Origin: Eledone cirrhosa
Lineage: Eukaryota
DNA length: 64,000 bases
Assembly (NCBI GenBank): GCA_964016885.1
Contig: OZ024751.1
Location: 2,728,001-2,792,000 of the forward strand
Direction of reading: 5' to 3'
Under the pieces are notes generated by a model. That model was not told the DNA's origin and did not search any database. It saw only the letters and a list, made by a program, of their open reading frames with translations. The translations under genes were made by a program, and so were the position numbers. Within the stretch, counting starts at the first letter, position 1. Each line of letters opens with the position of its first letter. Below are positions 41,501 to 53,500 of the stretch, one piece after another.

Positions 41501-44500
41501 GGTGGTGGTGTTGTTGGTTGGGTTACTGGCGTTGGTGGTGTTGTTGGTGGTGTTGTTGTTAGTGGTGTTGTTGGTGTTGTTGTTGTTGATGTTGTTGGTG
41601 GTGTTGCTGGTGTTTGCGTTGTTGTTGCTGGTGTTGTTATTGGTGGTGTTGTTGTTGGTGGTGTTATGTTGTTGGTGTTGTTGTTGTTGGTGGTGTTGTT
41701 GTTGGTGGTGTTGTTGTTGTTGGTGGTGTTACTGGTGTTGGTGTTGTTGTTGGTGGTGTTGTTATTGGTGTTGTTGTTGTTGGTGGTGTTATGTTGTTGG
41801 TGTTGTTGTTGGTGGTGGTGTTGTTGGTTGTGTTACTGGCGTTGGTGGTGTTGTTGGTGGTGTTGTTGTTGGTGGTGTTGTTGTTAGTGGTGTTGTTGGT
41901 GTTGTTGTTGTTGATGTTGTTGGTGGTGTTGCTGGTGTTTGCGTTGTTGTTGCTGGTGTTGTTGGTGGTGTTGTTGTTGGTGGTGTTGGTGGTGTTGCTG
42001 TTGTTGTTGGTGGTGTTGCTGGTGTTGGTTTTGTTGGTGGTGGTGTTGCTGGTGGTGGTGTTGTTGTTTTGGTGGTGTTGCTGGTGTTGGTGTTGTTGTT
42101 GGTGGTGTTGGTGGTGGTGGTGTTGTTGTTAGTGGTGTTGTTGTTGTTGTTGGTGGTGTTGCTGGTGTTGGTGTTGTTGGTGGTGGTGTTGCTGGTGGTG
42201 GTGTTGTTGGTGGTGGTGTTGCTGGTGTTGGTGTTGTTATTGGTGGTGTTGTTGGTGGTGTTGTTGTTGGTGGTGTTGGTGGTGTTGCTGTTGTTGTTGG
42301 TGGTGTTGCTGGTGTTGGTTTTGTTGGTGGTGGTGTTGCTGGTGGTGGTGTTGTTGTTTTGGTGGTGTTGCTGGTGTTGGTGTTGTTGTTGGTGGTGTTG
42401 GTGGTGGTGGTGTTGTTGTTAGTGGTGTTGTTGTTGTTGTTGGTGGTGTTGCTGGTGTTGGTGTTGTTGGTGGTGGTGTTGCTGGTGGTGGTGTTGTTGG
42501 TGGTGGTGTTGCTGGTGTTGGCGCTGTTGTTGGTGGTGTTGCTGGTGTTGGTATTGTTGTTGGTGTTGTTGTTGGTGGTGTTGTTGTTGGTGGTGTTATG
42601 TTGATGGTGTTGTTGTTGGTGGTGTTGTTGGTGTTGGTGTTGTTGGTGGTGTTGTTATTGGTGGTGGTGCTGGTGTTGGTGTTGTTGTTGGTGGTGTTGT
42701 TGTTAGTGGTGTTGTTGGTGTTGGTGTTGTTGTTGGTGGTGTTGCTGGTGTTGGTGTTGTTGTCGCTGGTGGTGGTGTTGTTGTTGGTGCTATTGTTGTT
42801 GTTGTTGTTGGTGGTGGTGTTGTTGTTGGTGGTGTTGTTGCTGGTGTTGTTGTTGGTGGTGTTGTTGGTGTTGTTGTTTTTGGTGGTGCTGCTGGTGTTG
42901 GTGTTGGTGTTGTTGTTGGTGGTGTTGCTGGTGGTGGTGTTGTTGTTGGTGGTGTTGGTGGTGGTGGTGTTGTTGTTAGTGGTGTTGTTGTTGGTGGTGG
43001 TGTTGTTGTTGGTGGTGTTGGTAGTGTTGCTGTTGTTGTTGGTGGTGTTGCTGGTGGTGGTATTGTTGTTGCTGGTGTTGTTGTTGGTGGTGGTGTTGTT
43101 GTTGGTGGTGTTGGTAGTGTTGCTGTTGTTGTTGGTGGTGTTGCTGGTGGTGGTGTTGTTGTTGGTGGTGTTGTTGATCTTGGTGGTGTTGCTGGTGTTG
43201 GTGTTGTTGTTGGTATTGTTGTTGGTGGTGGTGTTGCTGGTGTTGGTGTTGCTGGTGTTGTTGTTGGTGGTGTTGTTGGTGTTGTTGTTTTTGGTGGTGC
43301 TGCTGGTGTTGGTGTTGGTGTTGTTGTTGGTGGTGTTGCTGGTGGTGGTGTTGTTGTTGGTGGTGTTGGTGGTGGTGGTGTTGTTGTTAGTGGTGTTGTT
43401 GTTGGTGGTGGTGTTGTTGTTGGTGGTGTTGGTAGTGTTGCTGTTGTTGTTGGTGGTGTTGCTGGTGGTGGTGTTGTTGTTGCTGGTGTTGCTGTTGGTG
43501 GTGGTGTTGTTGTTGGTGGTGTTGGTAGTGTTGCTGTTGTTGTTGGTGGTGTTGCTGGTGGTGGTGTTGTTGTTGGTGGTGGTGTTGTTGTTGGTGGTGT
43601 TGTTGATCTTGGTGGTGTTGCTGGTGTTGGTGTTGTTGTTGGTGTTGTTGTTGGTGGTGGTGTTGCTGGTGTTGGTGTTGCTGGTGTTGTTGTTGGTGGT
43701 GTTGTTGTAGGTGGTGTTGTTGCTGGTGTTGGTGTTGTTCTTGGTGGTGCTTTTGTTGTTGTTGTTGGTGGTGGTGTTGTTGGTGGTGTTGTTGCTGGTG
43801 TTGGTGTTGTTGTTGGTGCTGTTGTTGGTGTTGTTGTTGGTGGTGTTGTTGTTGGTGGTGTTGTTGCTGGTGTTGTTGTTGGTGTTGTTGTTGCTTGTGG
43901 TGTTGTTGTTGGTGGTGTTGTTGTTAGTGGTGTTGTTGGTGTTGTCGTTGTTGATGGTGTTGCTGGTGTTTGTATTGTTGTTGTTGGTGTTGTTGCAGGT
44001 GGTGTTGTTGGTGGTGTTGCTGGTGTTGGTGTTGTTATTGGTGGTGTTGTTGGTGGTGTTGTTGGTGGTGTTGGTGGTGTTGCTGTTGTTGGTGGTGCTG
44101 TTGTTGTTGTTGTTGGTGTTGTTGTTGGTGGTGGTGTTGTTGGTGGTGTTGTTGTTGGTGGTGTTGGTGGTGTTGCTGTTGTTGTTGGTGGTGTTGCTGG
44201 TGGTGGTGTTGTTGGTGGTGGTGTTGCTGGTGTTGGTGTTGTTGTTGGTGGTGTTGTTGTTGGTGGTGTTGGTGGTGGTGGTGTTGTTGTTAGTGGTGTT
44301 GTTGTTGGTGGTTTTGTTGTTGGTGGTGTTGTTGTTGGTGGTGTTGTTGGTGGTGTTGTTGATCTTGGTGGTGTCGCTGGTGGTGGTGTTGTTGTTGGTG
44401 CTATTGTTGTTGTTGTTGTTGTTGGTGGTGTTGTTGTTGGTGGTGTTGCTGTTGTTGTTGTTGGTGGTGTTGTTGTTGGTGGTATTTCTGGTGTTGGTGT

Positions 44501-47500
44501 TGTTGTTGGTGGTGATGTTGTTGGTGTTGTTTTGGTGTTGTTTTTGATGGTGTTGTTGTTGGTGGTGTTGTGGTGGTGTTGTTGTTCATGGTGTTGCTGG
44601 TGTTGGTGTTGTTGTTGGTGTTGGTGTTGTTGTTGGTGGTGTTGCTGGTGTTGGTGGTGGTGTTGTTGTTCTTGGTGTGGTTGTTGGTGTTGTTTTTGTT
44701 GGTGTTGTTGTTGGTGGTGGTGTTGTTGCTGGTGTTGCTGGTGTTGGTCTTGTTGATGCTGTTGTTGTAGCTGGTGTTGCTGGGTTTGGTGTTGTTGTTG
44801 ATGGTGTTGTTGTTGGTGGTGTTGCTGATGTTGGTGTTGTTGTTGGTGGTGTTGCTGGTGTTGTTGTTGTTGGTGGTGGTGTTGCTGCTGTTGTTGTTGT
44901 TGGTGGTGGTGTTGCTGGTGGTGGTGTTGTTGGTGGTGGTGTTGCTGGTGTTGGCGCTGGTGTTGGTATGGTTGTTGGTGTTGTTGTTGTTGGTGGTGTT
45001 GTTGTTGTTGGTGGTGTTGCTGGTGTTGGTATTGTTGTTGGTGTTGTTGTTGTTGGTGGTGTTGTTGTTGGTGGTGTTATGTTGTTGGTGATGTTGTTGG
45101 TGGTGTTGCTGGTGTTGGTATTGTTGTTGGTGTTGTTGTTGTTGGTGGTGTTGTTGTTGTTGGTGGTGTTACTGGTGTTTGCGTTGTTGTTGCTGGTGTT
45201 GTTATTGGTGGTGTTGTTGTTGGTGGTGTTATGTTGTTGGTGTTGTTGTTGTTGGTGGTGTTGTTGTTGGTGGTGGTGTTGTTGGTTGTGTTACTGGCGT
45301 TGGTGGTGTTGTTGGTGGTGTTGTTGTTAGTGGTGTTGTTGGTGTTGTTGTTGTTGATGTTGTTGGTGGTGTTGCTGGTGTTTGCGTTGTTGTTGCTGGT
45401 GTTGTTATTGGTGGTGTTGTTGTTGGTGGTGTTATGTTGTTGGTGTTGTTGTTGTTGGTGGTGTTGTTGTTGGTGGTGTTGTTGTTTTTGGTGGTGTTAC
45501 TGGTGTTGGTGTTGTTGATGGTGGTGTTGTTATTGGTGGTGTTGTTGTTGGTGGTGTTATGTTGTTGGTGTTGTTGTTGGTGGTGGTGTTGTTGGTTGTG
45601 TTACTGGCGTTGGTGGTGTTGATGGTGGTGTTGTTGTTAGTGGTGTTGTTGGTGTTGTTGTTGTTGATGTTGTTGGTGGTGTTGCTGGTGTTTGCGTTGT
45701 TGTTGCTGGTGTTGTTATTGGTGGTGTTGTTGTTGGTGGTGTTATGTTGTTGGTGTTGTTGTTGGTGGTGGTGTTGTTGGTTGTGTTACTGGCGTTGGTG
45801 GTGTTGTTGCTGGTGTTGTTGTTAGTGGTGATGTTGGTGTTGTTGTTGTTGATGTTGTTGGTGGTGTTGCTGGTGTTTGCGTTGTTGTTGCTGGTGTTGT
45901 TATTGGTGGTGTTGTTGTTGGTGGTGTTGTTGTTGGTGGTGTTGTTGATGGTGTTGTTGGTGTTTGTATTGTTGTTGTTGGTGTTGTTGTAGGTGGTGTT
46001 GTTGGTGGTGTTGCTGGTGTTGGTGTTGTTACTGGTGGTGTTGTTGGTGGTGTTGTTGTTGGTGGTGTTGGTGGTGTTGCTGTTGTTGTTGGTGGTGTTG
46101 CTGGTGGTGGTGTTGTTGTTGGTGGTGTTGCTGGTGTTGGTGTTGTTGGTGGTGGTGTTGCTGGTGGTGGTGTTGTTGGTGGTGGTGTTGCAGGTGGTGG
46201 TGTTGTTGTTTTGGTGGTGTTGCTGGTGTTGGTGTTATTGTTGGTGGTGTTGGTGGTGGTGGTGTTGTTGTTAGTGGTGTTGTTGTTGTTGCTGGTGGTG
46301 TTGCTGGTGTTGGTGTTGTTGGTGGTGGTGTTGCTGGTGGTGGTGTTGTTGGTGGTGGTGTTGCTGGTGTTGGCGCTGTTGTTGGTGGTGTTGCTGGTGT
46401 TGGTATTGTTGTTGGTGTTGTTGTTGTTGGTGGTGTTGTTGTTGGTGGTGTTATGTTGTTGGTATTGTTGTTGGTGGTGTTGCTTGTGTTGGTATTGTTG
46501 TTGGTGTTGTTGTTGTTGGTGGTGTTGTTGTTGTTGGTGGTGTTACTGGTGTTTGCGTTGTTGTTGCTGGTGTTGTTATTGGTGGTGTTGTTGTTGGTGG
46601 TGTTATGTTGTTGGTGTTGTTGTTGTTGGTGGTGTTGTTGTTGGTGGTGTTATGTTGTTGGTGCTGTTGTTGGTGGTGTTGCTGGTGTTGGTATTGTTGT
46701 TTGTGTTGGTGGTGTTGCTGTTGTTGTTGGTGGTGTTGCTGGTGTTGGTTTTGTTGGTGGTGGTGTTGCTGGTGGTGGTGTTGTTGTTTTGGTGGTGTTG
46801 CTGGTGTTGGTGTTGTTGTTGGTGGTGTTGGTGGTGGTGGTGTTGTTGTTAGTGGTGTTGTTGGTGGTGTTGTTGTTGGTGGTGTTGGTGTTGTTATTGG
46901 TGGTGCTGTTGGTGGTGTTGTTGTTGGTGGTGTTGCTGGTGTTGCTGTTGTTGTTGGTGGTGTTGCTGGTGGTGGTGTTGTTGTTTTGGTGGTGTTGCTG
47001 GTGTTGGTGTTGTTGTTGGTGGTGTTGGTAGTGGTGGTGTTGTTGTTAGTGGTGTTGTTGTTGTTGTTGGTGGTGTTGCTGGTGTTGGTGTTGTTGGTGG
47101 TGATGTTGCTGGTGGTGGTGTTGTTGGTGGTGGTGTTGCTGGTGTTGGCGCTGTTGTTGGTGGTGTTGCTGGTGTTGGTATTGTTGTTGGTGTTGTTGTT
47201 GTTGGTGGTGTTGTTGTTGTTGTTGGTGGTGGTGTTACTGGTGTTTGCGTTGTTGTTGCTGGTGTTGTTATTGGTGGTGTTGTTGTTGGTGGTGTTATGT
47301 TGTTGGTGTTGTTGTTGGTGGTGGTGTTGTTGTTGGTGGTGTTATGTTGTTGGTGCTGTTGTTGGTGCTGTTGCTGGTGTTGGTATTGTTGTTGGTGTTG
47401 TTGTTGTTGGTGGTGTTGTTGTTGTTGGTGGTGTTACTGGTGTTGGTGTTGTTGTTGGTGGTGTTGTTATTGGTGGTGTTGTTGTTGGTGGTGTTATGTT

Positions 47501-50500
47501 GTTGGTGTTGTTGTTGGTGGTGGTGTTCTTGGTTGTGTTACTGGCGTTGGTGGTGTTGTTGGTGGTGTTGTTGTTAGTGGTGTTGTTGGTGTTGTTGTTG
47601 TTGATGTTGTTGGTGGTGTTGCTGGTGTTTGCGTTGTTGTTGCTGGTGTTGTTATTGGTGGTGTTGTTGTTGGTGGTGTTATGTTGTTGGTGTTGTTGTT
47701 GGTGGTGGTGTTGTTGGTTGTGTTACTGGCGTTGGTGGTGTTGTTGGTGGTGTTGTTGTTAGTGGTGTTGTTGGTGTTGTTGTTGTTGATGTTGTTGGTG
47801 GTGTTGCTGGTGTTTGCGTTGTTGTTGCTGGTGCTGTTATTGGTGGTGTTGTTGTTGGTGGTGTTGTTGTTGGTGGTGTTGTTGATGGTGTTGCTGGTGT
47901 TGGTATTGTTGTTGGTGTTGTTGTTGTTGGTGGTGTTGTTGTTGGTGGTGTTATGTTGTTGGTATTGTTGTTGGTGGTGTTGCTGGTGTTGGTATTGTTG
48001 TTGGTGTTGTTGTTGTTGGTGGTGTTGTTGTTGTTGGTGGTGTTACTGGTGTTTGCGTTGTTGTTGCTGGTGTTGTTATTGGTGGTGTTGTTGTTGGTGG
48101 TGTTATGTTGTTGGTGTTGTTGTTGTTGGTGGTGTTGTTGTTGGTGGTGTTATGTTGTTGGTGCTGTTGTTGGTGGTGTTGCTGGTGTTGGTATTGTTGT
48201 TTGTGTTGGTGGTGTTGCTGTTGTTGTTGGTGGTGTTGCTGGTGTTGGTTTTGTTGGTGGTGGTGTTGCTGGTGGTGGTGTTGTTGTTTTGGTGGTGTTG
48301 CTGGTGTTGGTGTTGTTGTTGGTGGTGTTGGTGGTGGTGGTGTTGTTGTTAGTGGTGTTGTTGGTGGTGTTGTTGTTGGTGGTGTTGGTGTTGTTATTGG
48401 TGGTGCTGTTGGTGGTGTTGTTGTTGGTGGTGTTGCTGGTGTTGCTGTTGTTGTTGGTGGTGTTGCTGGTGTTGGTTTTGTTGGTAGTGGTGTTGCTGGT
48501 GGTGGTGTTGTTGTTTTGGTGGTGTTGCTGGTGTTGGTGTTGTTGTTGGTGGTGTTGGTAGTGGTGGTGTTGTTGTTAGTGGTGTTGTTGTTGTTGTTGG
48601 TGGTGTTGCTGGTGTTGGTGTTGTTGGTGGTGATGTTGCTGGTGGTGGTGTTGTTGGTGGTGGTGTTGCTGGTGTTGGCGCTGTTGTTGGTGGTGTTGCT
48701 GGTGTTGGTATTGTTGTTGGTGTTGTTGTTGTTGGTGGTGTTGTTGTTGTTGTTGGTGGTGGTGTTACTGGTGTTTGCGTTGTTGTTGCTGGTGTTGTTA
48801 TTGGTGGTGTTGTTGTTGGTGGTGTTATGTTGTTGGTGTTGTTGTTGGTGGTGGTGTTGTTGTTGGTGGTGTTATGTTGTTGGTGCTGTTGTTGGTGCTG
48901 TTGCTGGTGTTGGTATTGTTGTTGGTGTTGTTGTTGTTGGTGGTGTTGTTGTTGTTGGTGGTGTTACTGGTGTTGGTGTTGTTGTTGGTGGTGTTGTTAT
49001 TGGTGGTGTTGTTGTTGGTGGTGTTATGTTGTTGGTGTTGTTGTTGGTGGTGGTGTTCTTGGTTGTGTTACTGGCGTTGGTGGTGTTGTTGTTAGTGGTG
49101 TTGTTGGTGTTGTTGTTGTTGATGTTGTTGGTGGTGTTGCTGGTGTTTGCGTTGTTGTTGCTGGTGTTGTTATTGGTGGTGTTGTTGTTGGTGGTGTTAT
49201 GTTGTTGGTGTTGTTGTTGGTGGTGGTGTTGTTGGTTGTGTTACTGGCGTTGGTGGTGTTGTTGGTGGTGTTGTTGTTAGTGGTGTTGTTGGTGTTGTTG
49301 TTGTTGATGTTGTTGGTGGTGTTGCTGGTGTTTGCGTTGTTGTTGCTGGTGCTGTTATTGGTGGTGTTGTTGTTGGTGGTGTTGTTGTTGGTGGTGTTGT
49401 TGATGGTGTTGCTGGTGTTTGTATTGTTGTTGTTGGTGTTGTTGTAGGTGGTGTTGTTGGTGGTGTTGGTGGTGTTGCTGTTGTTGTTGGTGGTGTTGCT
49501 GGTGTTGGTTTTGTTGGTGGTGGTGTTGCTGGTGGTGGTGTTGTTGTTTTGGTGGTGTTGCTGGTGTTGGTGTTGTTGTTGGTGGTGTTGGTGGTGGTGG
49601 TGTTGTTGTTAGTGGTGTTGTTGTTGGTGGTGTTGTTGTTGGTGGTGTTAGTGGTGTTGGTTTTGTTGTTTGTGGTGTTGGTGGTGTTGGTTTTGTTGTT
49701 GGTGGTGTTGTTGGTGGTGTCGCCGGTGGTGGTGTTGTTGTTGGTGGCGTTGTTGTTGGTGGTGTTGTTGCTGGTGTCGGTGTTGTTGTTGGTGGTTTTG
49801 TTGTTGGTGGTGTCGTTGTCGTTGTTGGTGGTGTTTCTGGTGTTGGTGTTGTTTTTGGTGGTGTCGCTGGTGGTGGAGTTGTTGTTGCTCGTGTTGCTGG
49901 TGCTGGTGTTGTTGTTGGTTTATGTTGTTGTTGGTGGTGTTGCTGGTGTTGGTGTTGTTGTTGTTGGTGTTGCAGGTGATGGTGGTGTTGTTGGTGGTGT
50001 TGGTGGTGTTGGTGTTGTTGTTGGTGGTATTGTTGGTGGTGTTGCTAGTTTTGGTGTTGTTGGTGATGTTGTTGGTGTTCGTATTATTGGAGGTGTTGTT
50101 GGGTTTGCTGTTGTAGTTGCTGGTGTTGGTGTTGTTGTTGGTGTTGTTATTGTTGTTGGTGCTGTTGTTGCTGTTGGTGTTGGTGTTGTTGTTGTTGTTG
50201 TTGTTGTTAGTGTTGTTGTTGTTGGTGGTGTTGTTGCTGGGGTTGGGGTTGTTGTTGGTGGTGTTTCTGGTGTTGGTGTTATTGTTGGTGGTGATGTTGT
50301 TGGTGTTGTTGTTGGTGTTGTTGTTGGTGTTGTTGTTGGTGATGTTGTTGATGGTGTTGTTGTTGGTGGTGTTGTTGGTGTTGTTGTTGTTCGTGGTGTT
50401 GCTGGTGTTTGTGTTGTTGTTGGTGGTGGTGTTGTTGTTGGTGTTGTTGCTGGTGTTGGTGTTGTTGTTGGTGGTTTTGTTGTTGGTGGTGCTGTTGGTG

Positions 50501-53500
50501 GTTGTGTTGTTGGTGGTGTTGCTGGTGTTGGTGTTGTTGTTGGTGGTGTTGTTGTTAGTGTTGTTGTTGGTGGTGTTGCTGGTGGTGGTGTTGTTGTTGG
50601 TGGTGTTGCTGGTGTTGGTGTTGTTGTTGGTGGTTTTGTTGGTGGTGGTGTTGTTGTTGGTGGTGTTGTTGGTGGTGCTGGAGTTGTTGTTGGTGGTGTT
50701 GTTTTTGGTGTTGTTGTTGGTAGTGTTGTTGTTGGTGGTGTTGCTGGTGTTGGTGTTGTTGTTGGTGGTGTTGTTGGTGGTGTTGTTGATCCTGGTGGTG
50801 TTGCTGGTGTTGGTGTTGTTGTTGGTGGTGTTGTTGTTAGTGTTGTTGTTGGTGGTGTTGTTGTTGGTGGTGTTGCTGGTGTTGGTGTTGTTGTTGGTGG
50901 TGTTGTTGGTAGTGTTGTTGATCTTGGTGGTGTTGCTGGCGTTGGTGTTGTTGTTGGTGGTGTTGTTGTTGGTGGTGGTGTTGTTGTTGGTGGTGTTGGT
51001 AGTGTTGCTGTTGTTGTTGGTGGTGTTGTTGGTGGTGGTGTTGTTGTTGGTGTTGTTGCTGGTGTTGGTGTTGTTGTTGGTGTTGTTGTTGTTGGTGGTG
51101 CTGTTGGTGGTTGTACCGTTGTTGGTGGTGGTGTTGCTGGTGTTGGAGTTGTTGTTGGTGGTGTTGTTGTTGGTGGTTTTGCTGGTGTTGGTGTTTTTGT
51201 TGGTGGTGTTGCTGGTGTTGGTGTTGTTGTTGGTATTGTTGTTGGTGGCGTTGTTGGTGCTGGTGTTGTTATTGGTGTTGCTAGTGTTGTTATTGGTGTT
51301 ATTGGTGTTGTTATTTGTGTTGCTAGTGTTGGCGTTGTTGTTGGTGGTGTTTTTGTTGGTGGTGTTGTTGGTGGTGGTATTGTTGTTGGTGCTGTTGCTG
51401 GTGTTGGTGTTGTTGTTGGTGGTGTTGTTGTTGGTGGTGTTGTTGTTGCTGGTGTTGCTGGTGTTGGTGTTGTTGTTGGTGGTGTGTTGTTGTTGCTGGT
51501 GTTGCTGGTGTTGGTGTTGTTGTTGGTGGTGTTGTTGTTGGTGGTGTTGGTTCTGTTGCTGGTGTTGTTGGGGTGTTGCTGGTGTTGGTGTTGTTGTTGG
51601 TGCTGTTGTTGTAGTTGTTGGTGGTGTTGTTGTTGGTGGTGTTGCTGCTGGTGTTGTTGTTGGTGGTGTTGTTCCTGGTGTTGGTGTTGTTGTTGGTGCT
51701 GTTGTTGGTGTTGGTGGTGTTGTTGTTTTTGGTGTTGGAGGTGTTGTTGTTGTTGTTCTTAGTGGTGTTGTTGTTGGTGGTGTTGTTGCTGGGGTTGGTG
51801 TTGTTGTTGGTGGTGATGTTGTTGGTGTTGTTGTTGGTGTTGTTGTTGATGGTGTTGTTGTAGGTGATGTTGTGGTGGTGTTGTTGTTGGTGGTGTTGGT
51901 GGTGTTGCTGGTGTTGGTGTTGTTGTTGGTGGTGTAGCTGGTGTTGGTGTTGTTGGTGGTGGTGTTGCTGGTGTTGGTGTTGTTGTTGGTGTTGGTGTTG
52001 TTGTTGGTAGTGTTGCTGGTGTTGGTGGTGGTGTTGTTGTTGTTGGTGTGGTTGTTGGTGCTGTTGTTGGTGTGGTTGTTGGTGGTGTTGTCGTTGGTGG
52101 TGTTGCTGTTGTTGGTGTTGTTGTTGGTGATGGTGTTGTTGGTGGTGTTGCTGGTGTTGGTCTTGTTGTTGGTGTTGTTGTTGTGGGTGGTGCTGTTGGT
52201 GGTGGTGTTGTTGTAGCTGGTGTTGCTAGTTTTGGTGTTGTTGTTGGTGGTGTTGTTGTTGGTGGTATTGTTGGTTGTGTTGTTGGTGGTGGTTTTGTTG
52301 TTGTTGGTGGTGTTGCTGGTTGTTGGTGTAGTTGTCGGTGTTGTTGTTGGTGGTGTTGGTGTTGTTGTTGGTGGTGTTGCTGGTTGTTGGTGTAGTTGTC
52401 GGTGTTGTTGTTGGTGGTGTTGGTGTTGTTGTTGGTGCTGTTGCTGGTTGTTGGTGAAGTTGTCGGTGTTGTTGTTGGTGTTGGTGTTGTTGTTGGTGTT
52501 GTTGTTGGTGGTGTTGTTGGTGGTGCTGGTTTTGTTTTTGTTGTTAGTGGTGTTGTTGTTGGTGGTGTTGCTGGTGTTGGTGTAGTTGTCGGTGTTGTTG
52601 TTGGTGGTGCTGGTGTTGTTGTTGGTGGTGTTGCAGGTGTTGGTGTTGTTGTTGGTGTTGTTGTCGTTGGTGGTGTTGCTGGTGTTGGTGTTGTTGTTGG
52701 TGGTGTTGCTGGTGTTGGTGTTGTTGTTGGTGTTGTTGTTGGTGTTTTTGCTGGTGTTGGTGTTGTTGTTGGTGGTGTTGCTGTTGTTGGTGTTGTTGTT
52801 GGTGTTGTTGTTGGTGTTGTTGCTGTTGTTGGTGTTGTTGTTGGTGTTGTTGTTGGTGGTGTTGCTGGTGTTTGTGTTGTTGTTGGCGTTGTTGTTGTCG
52901 GTGGTGGTGTTGTTGTTGGTTTTGTTGTTGGTGGTGTTGCTGGTGTTGGTCTTGTTTTTAGTGGTGTTGTTGTTGGTGGTGGTATTGTTGTTGGTGTTGT
53001 TGTTGGTGGTGTTGGTTTTTTTGTTGGTGTTGTTGGTGTTGTTGTTGGTGGTGTTGTTGTTGGTGTTGTTGTTGGTGGTGTTGCTGCTGTTGGTGTTGTT
53101 GTCGGTGTTGTTGTTGCTGGTGTTGCTGGTGTTAGTGTTGTTGTTGTTGGTGTTGTTGTTGGTGGTGTTGCTGGTGTTGGTGTTTCTGTTGGCGGTGTTG
53201 TTGGTGTTGGTGTTGTTGGTGGTGTTGCTGTTGTTGGTGCTGTTGTTGGTGGTGTTGTTGTTGGTGCTGTTGTTGGTGTTGGTGTTGTTGTTGGTGGTTT
53301 TGTTGTTGGTGGTGTTGGTCGTGTTGGTGTTGGTGTTGGCGGTGTTGTTGTTGGTAGTGTTGCTTGTGTTGGTGTAGTTGTCGGTGTTGTTCTTGTTGGT
53401 GTTGGTGTAGTTGTTGGTGGTGTTGCTGGTGTTGGTGTTGTTGTTGGTGTTGTTGCTGGTGTTGGTGTTGTTTTTTAGTGTTGTTGTTGTTGGTGGTTTT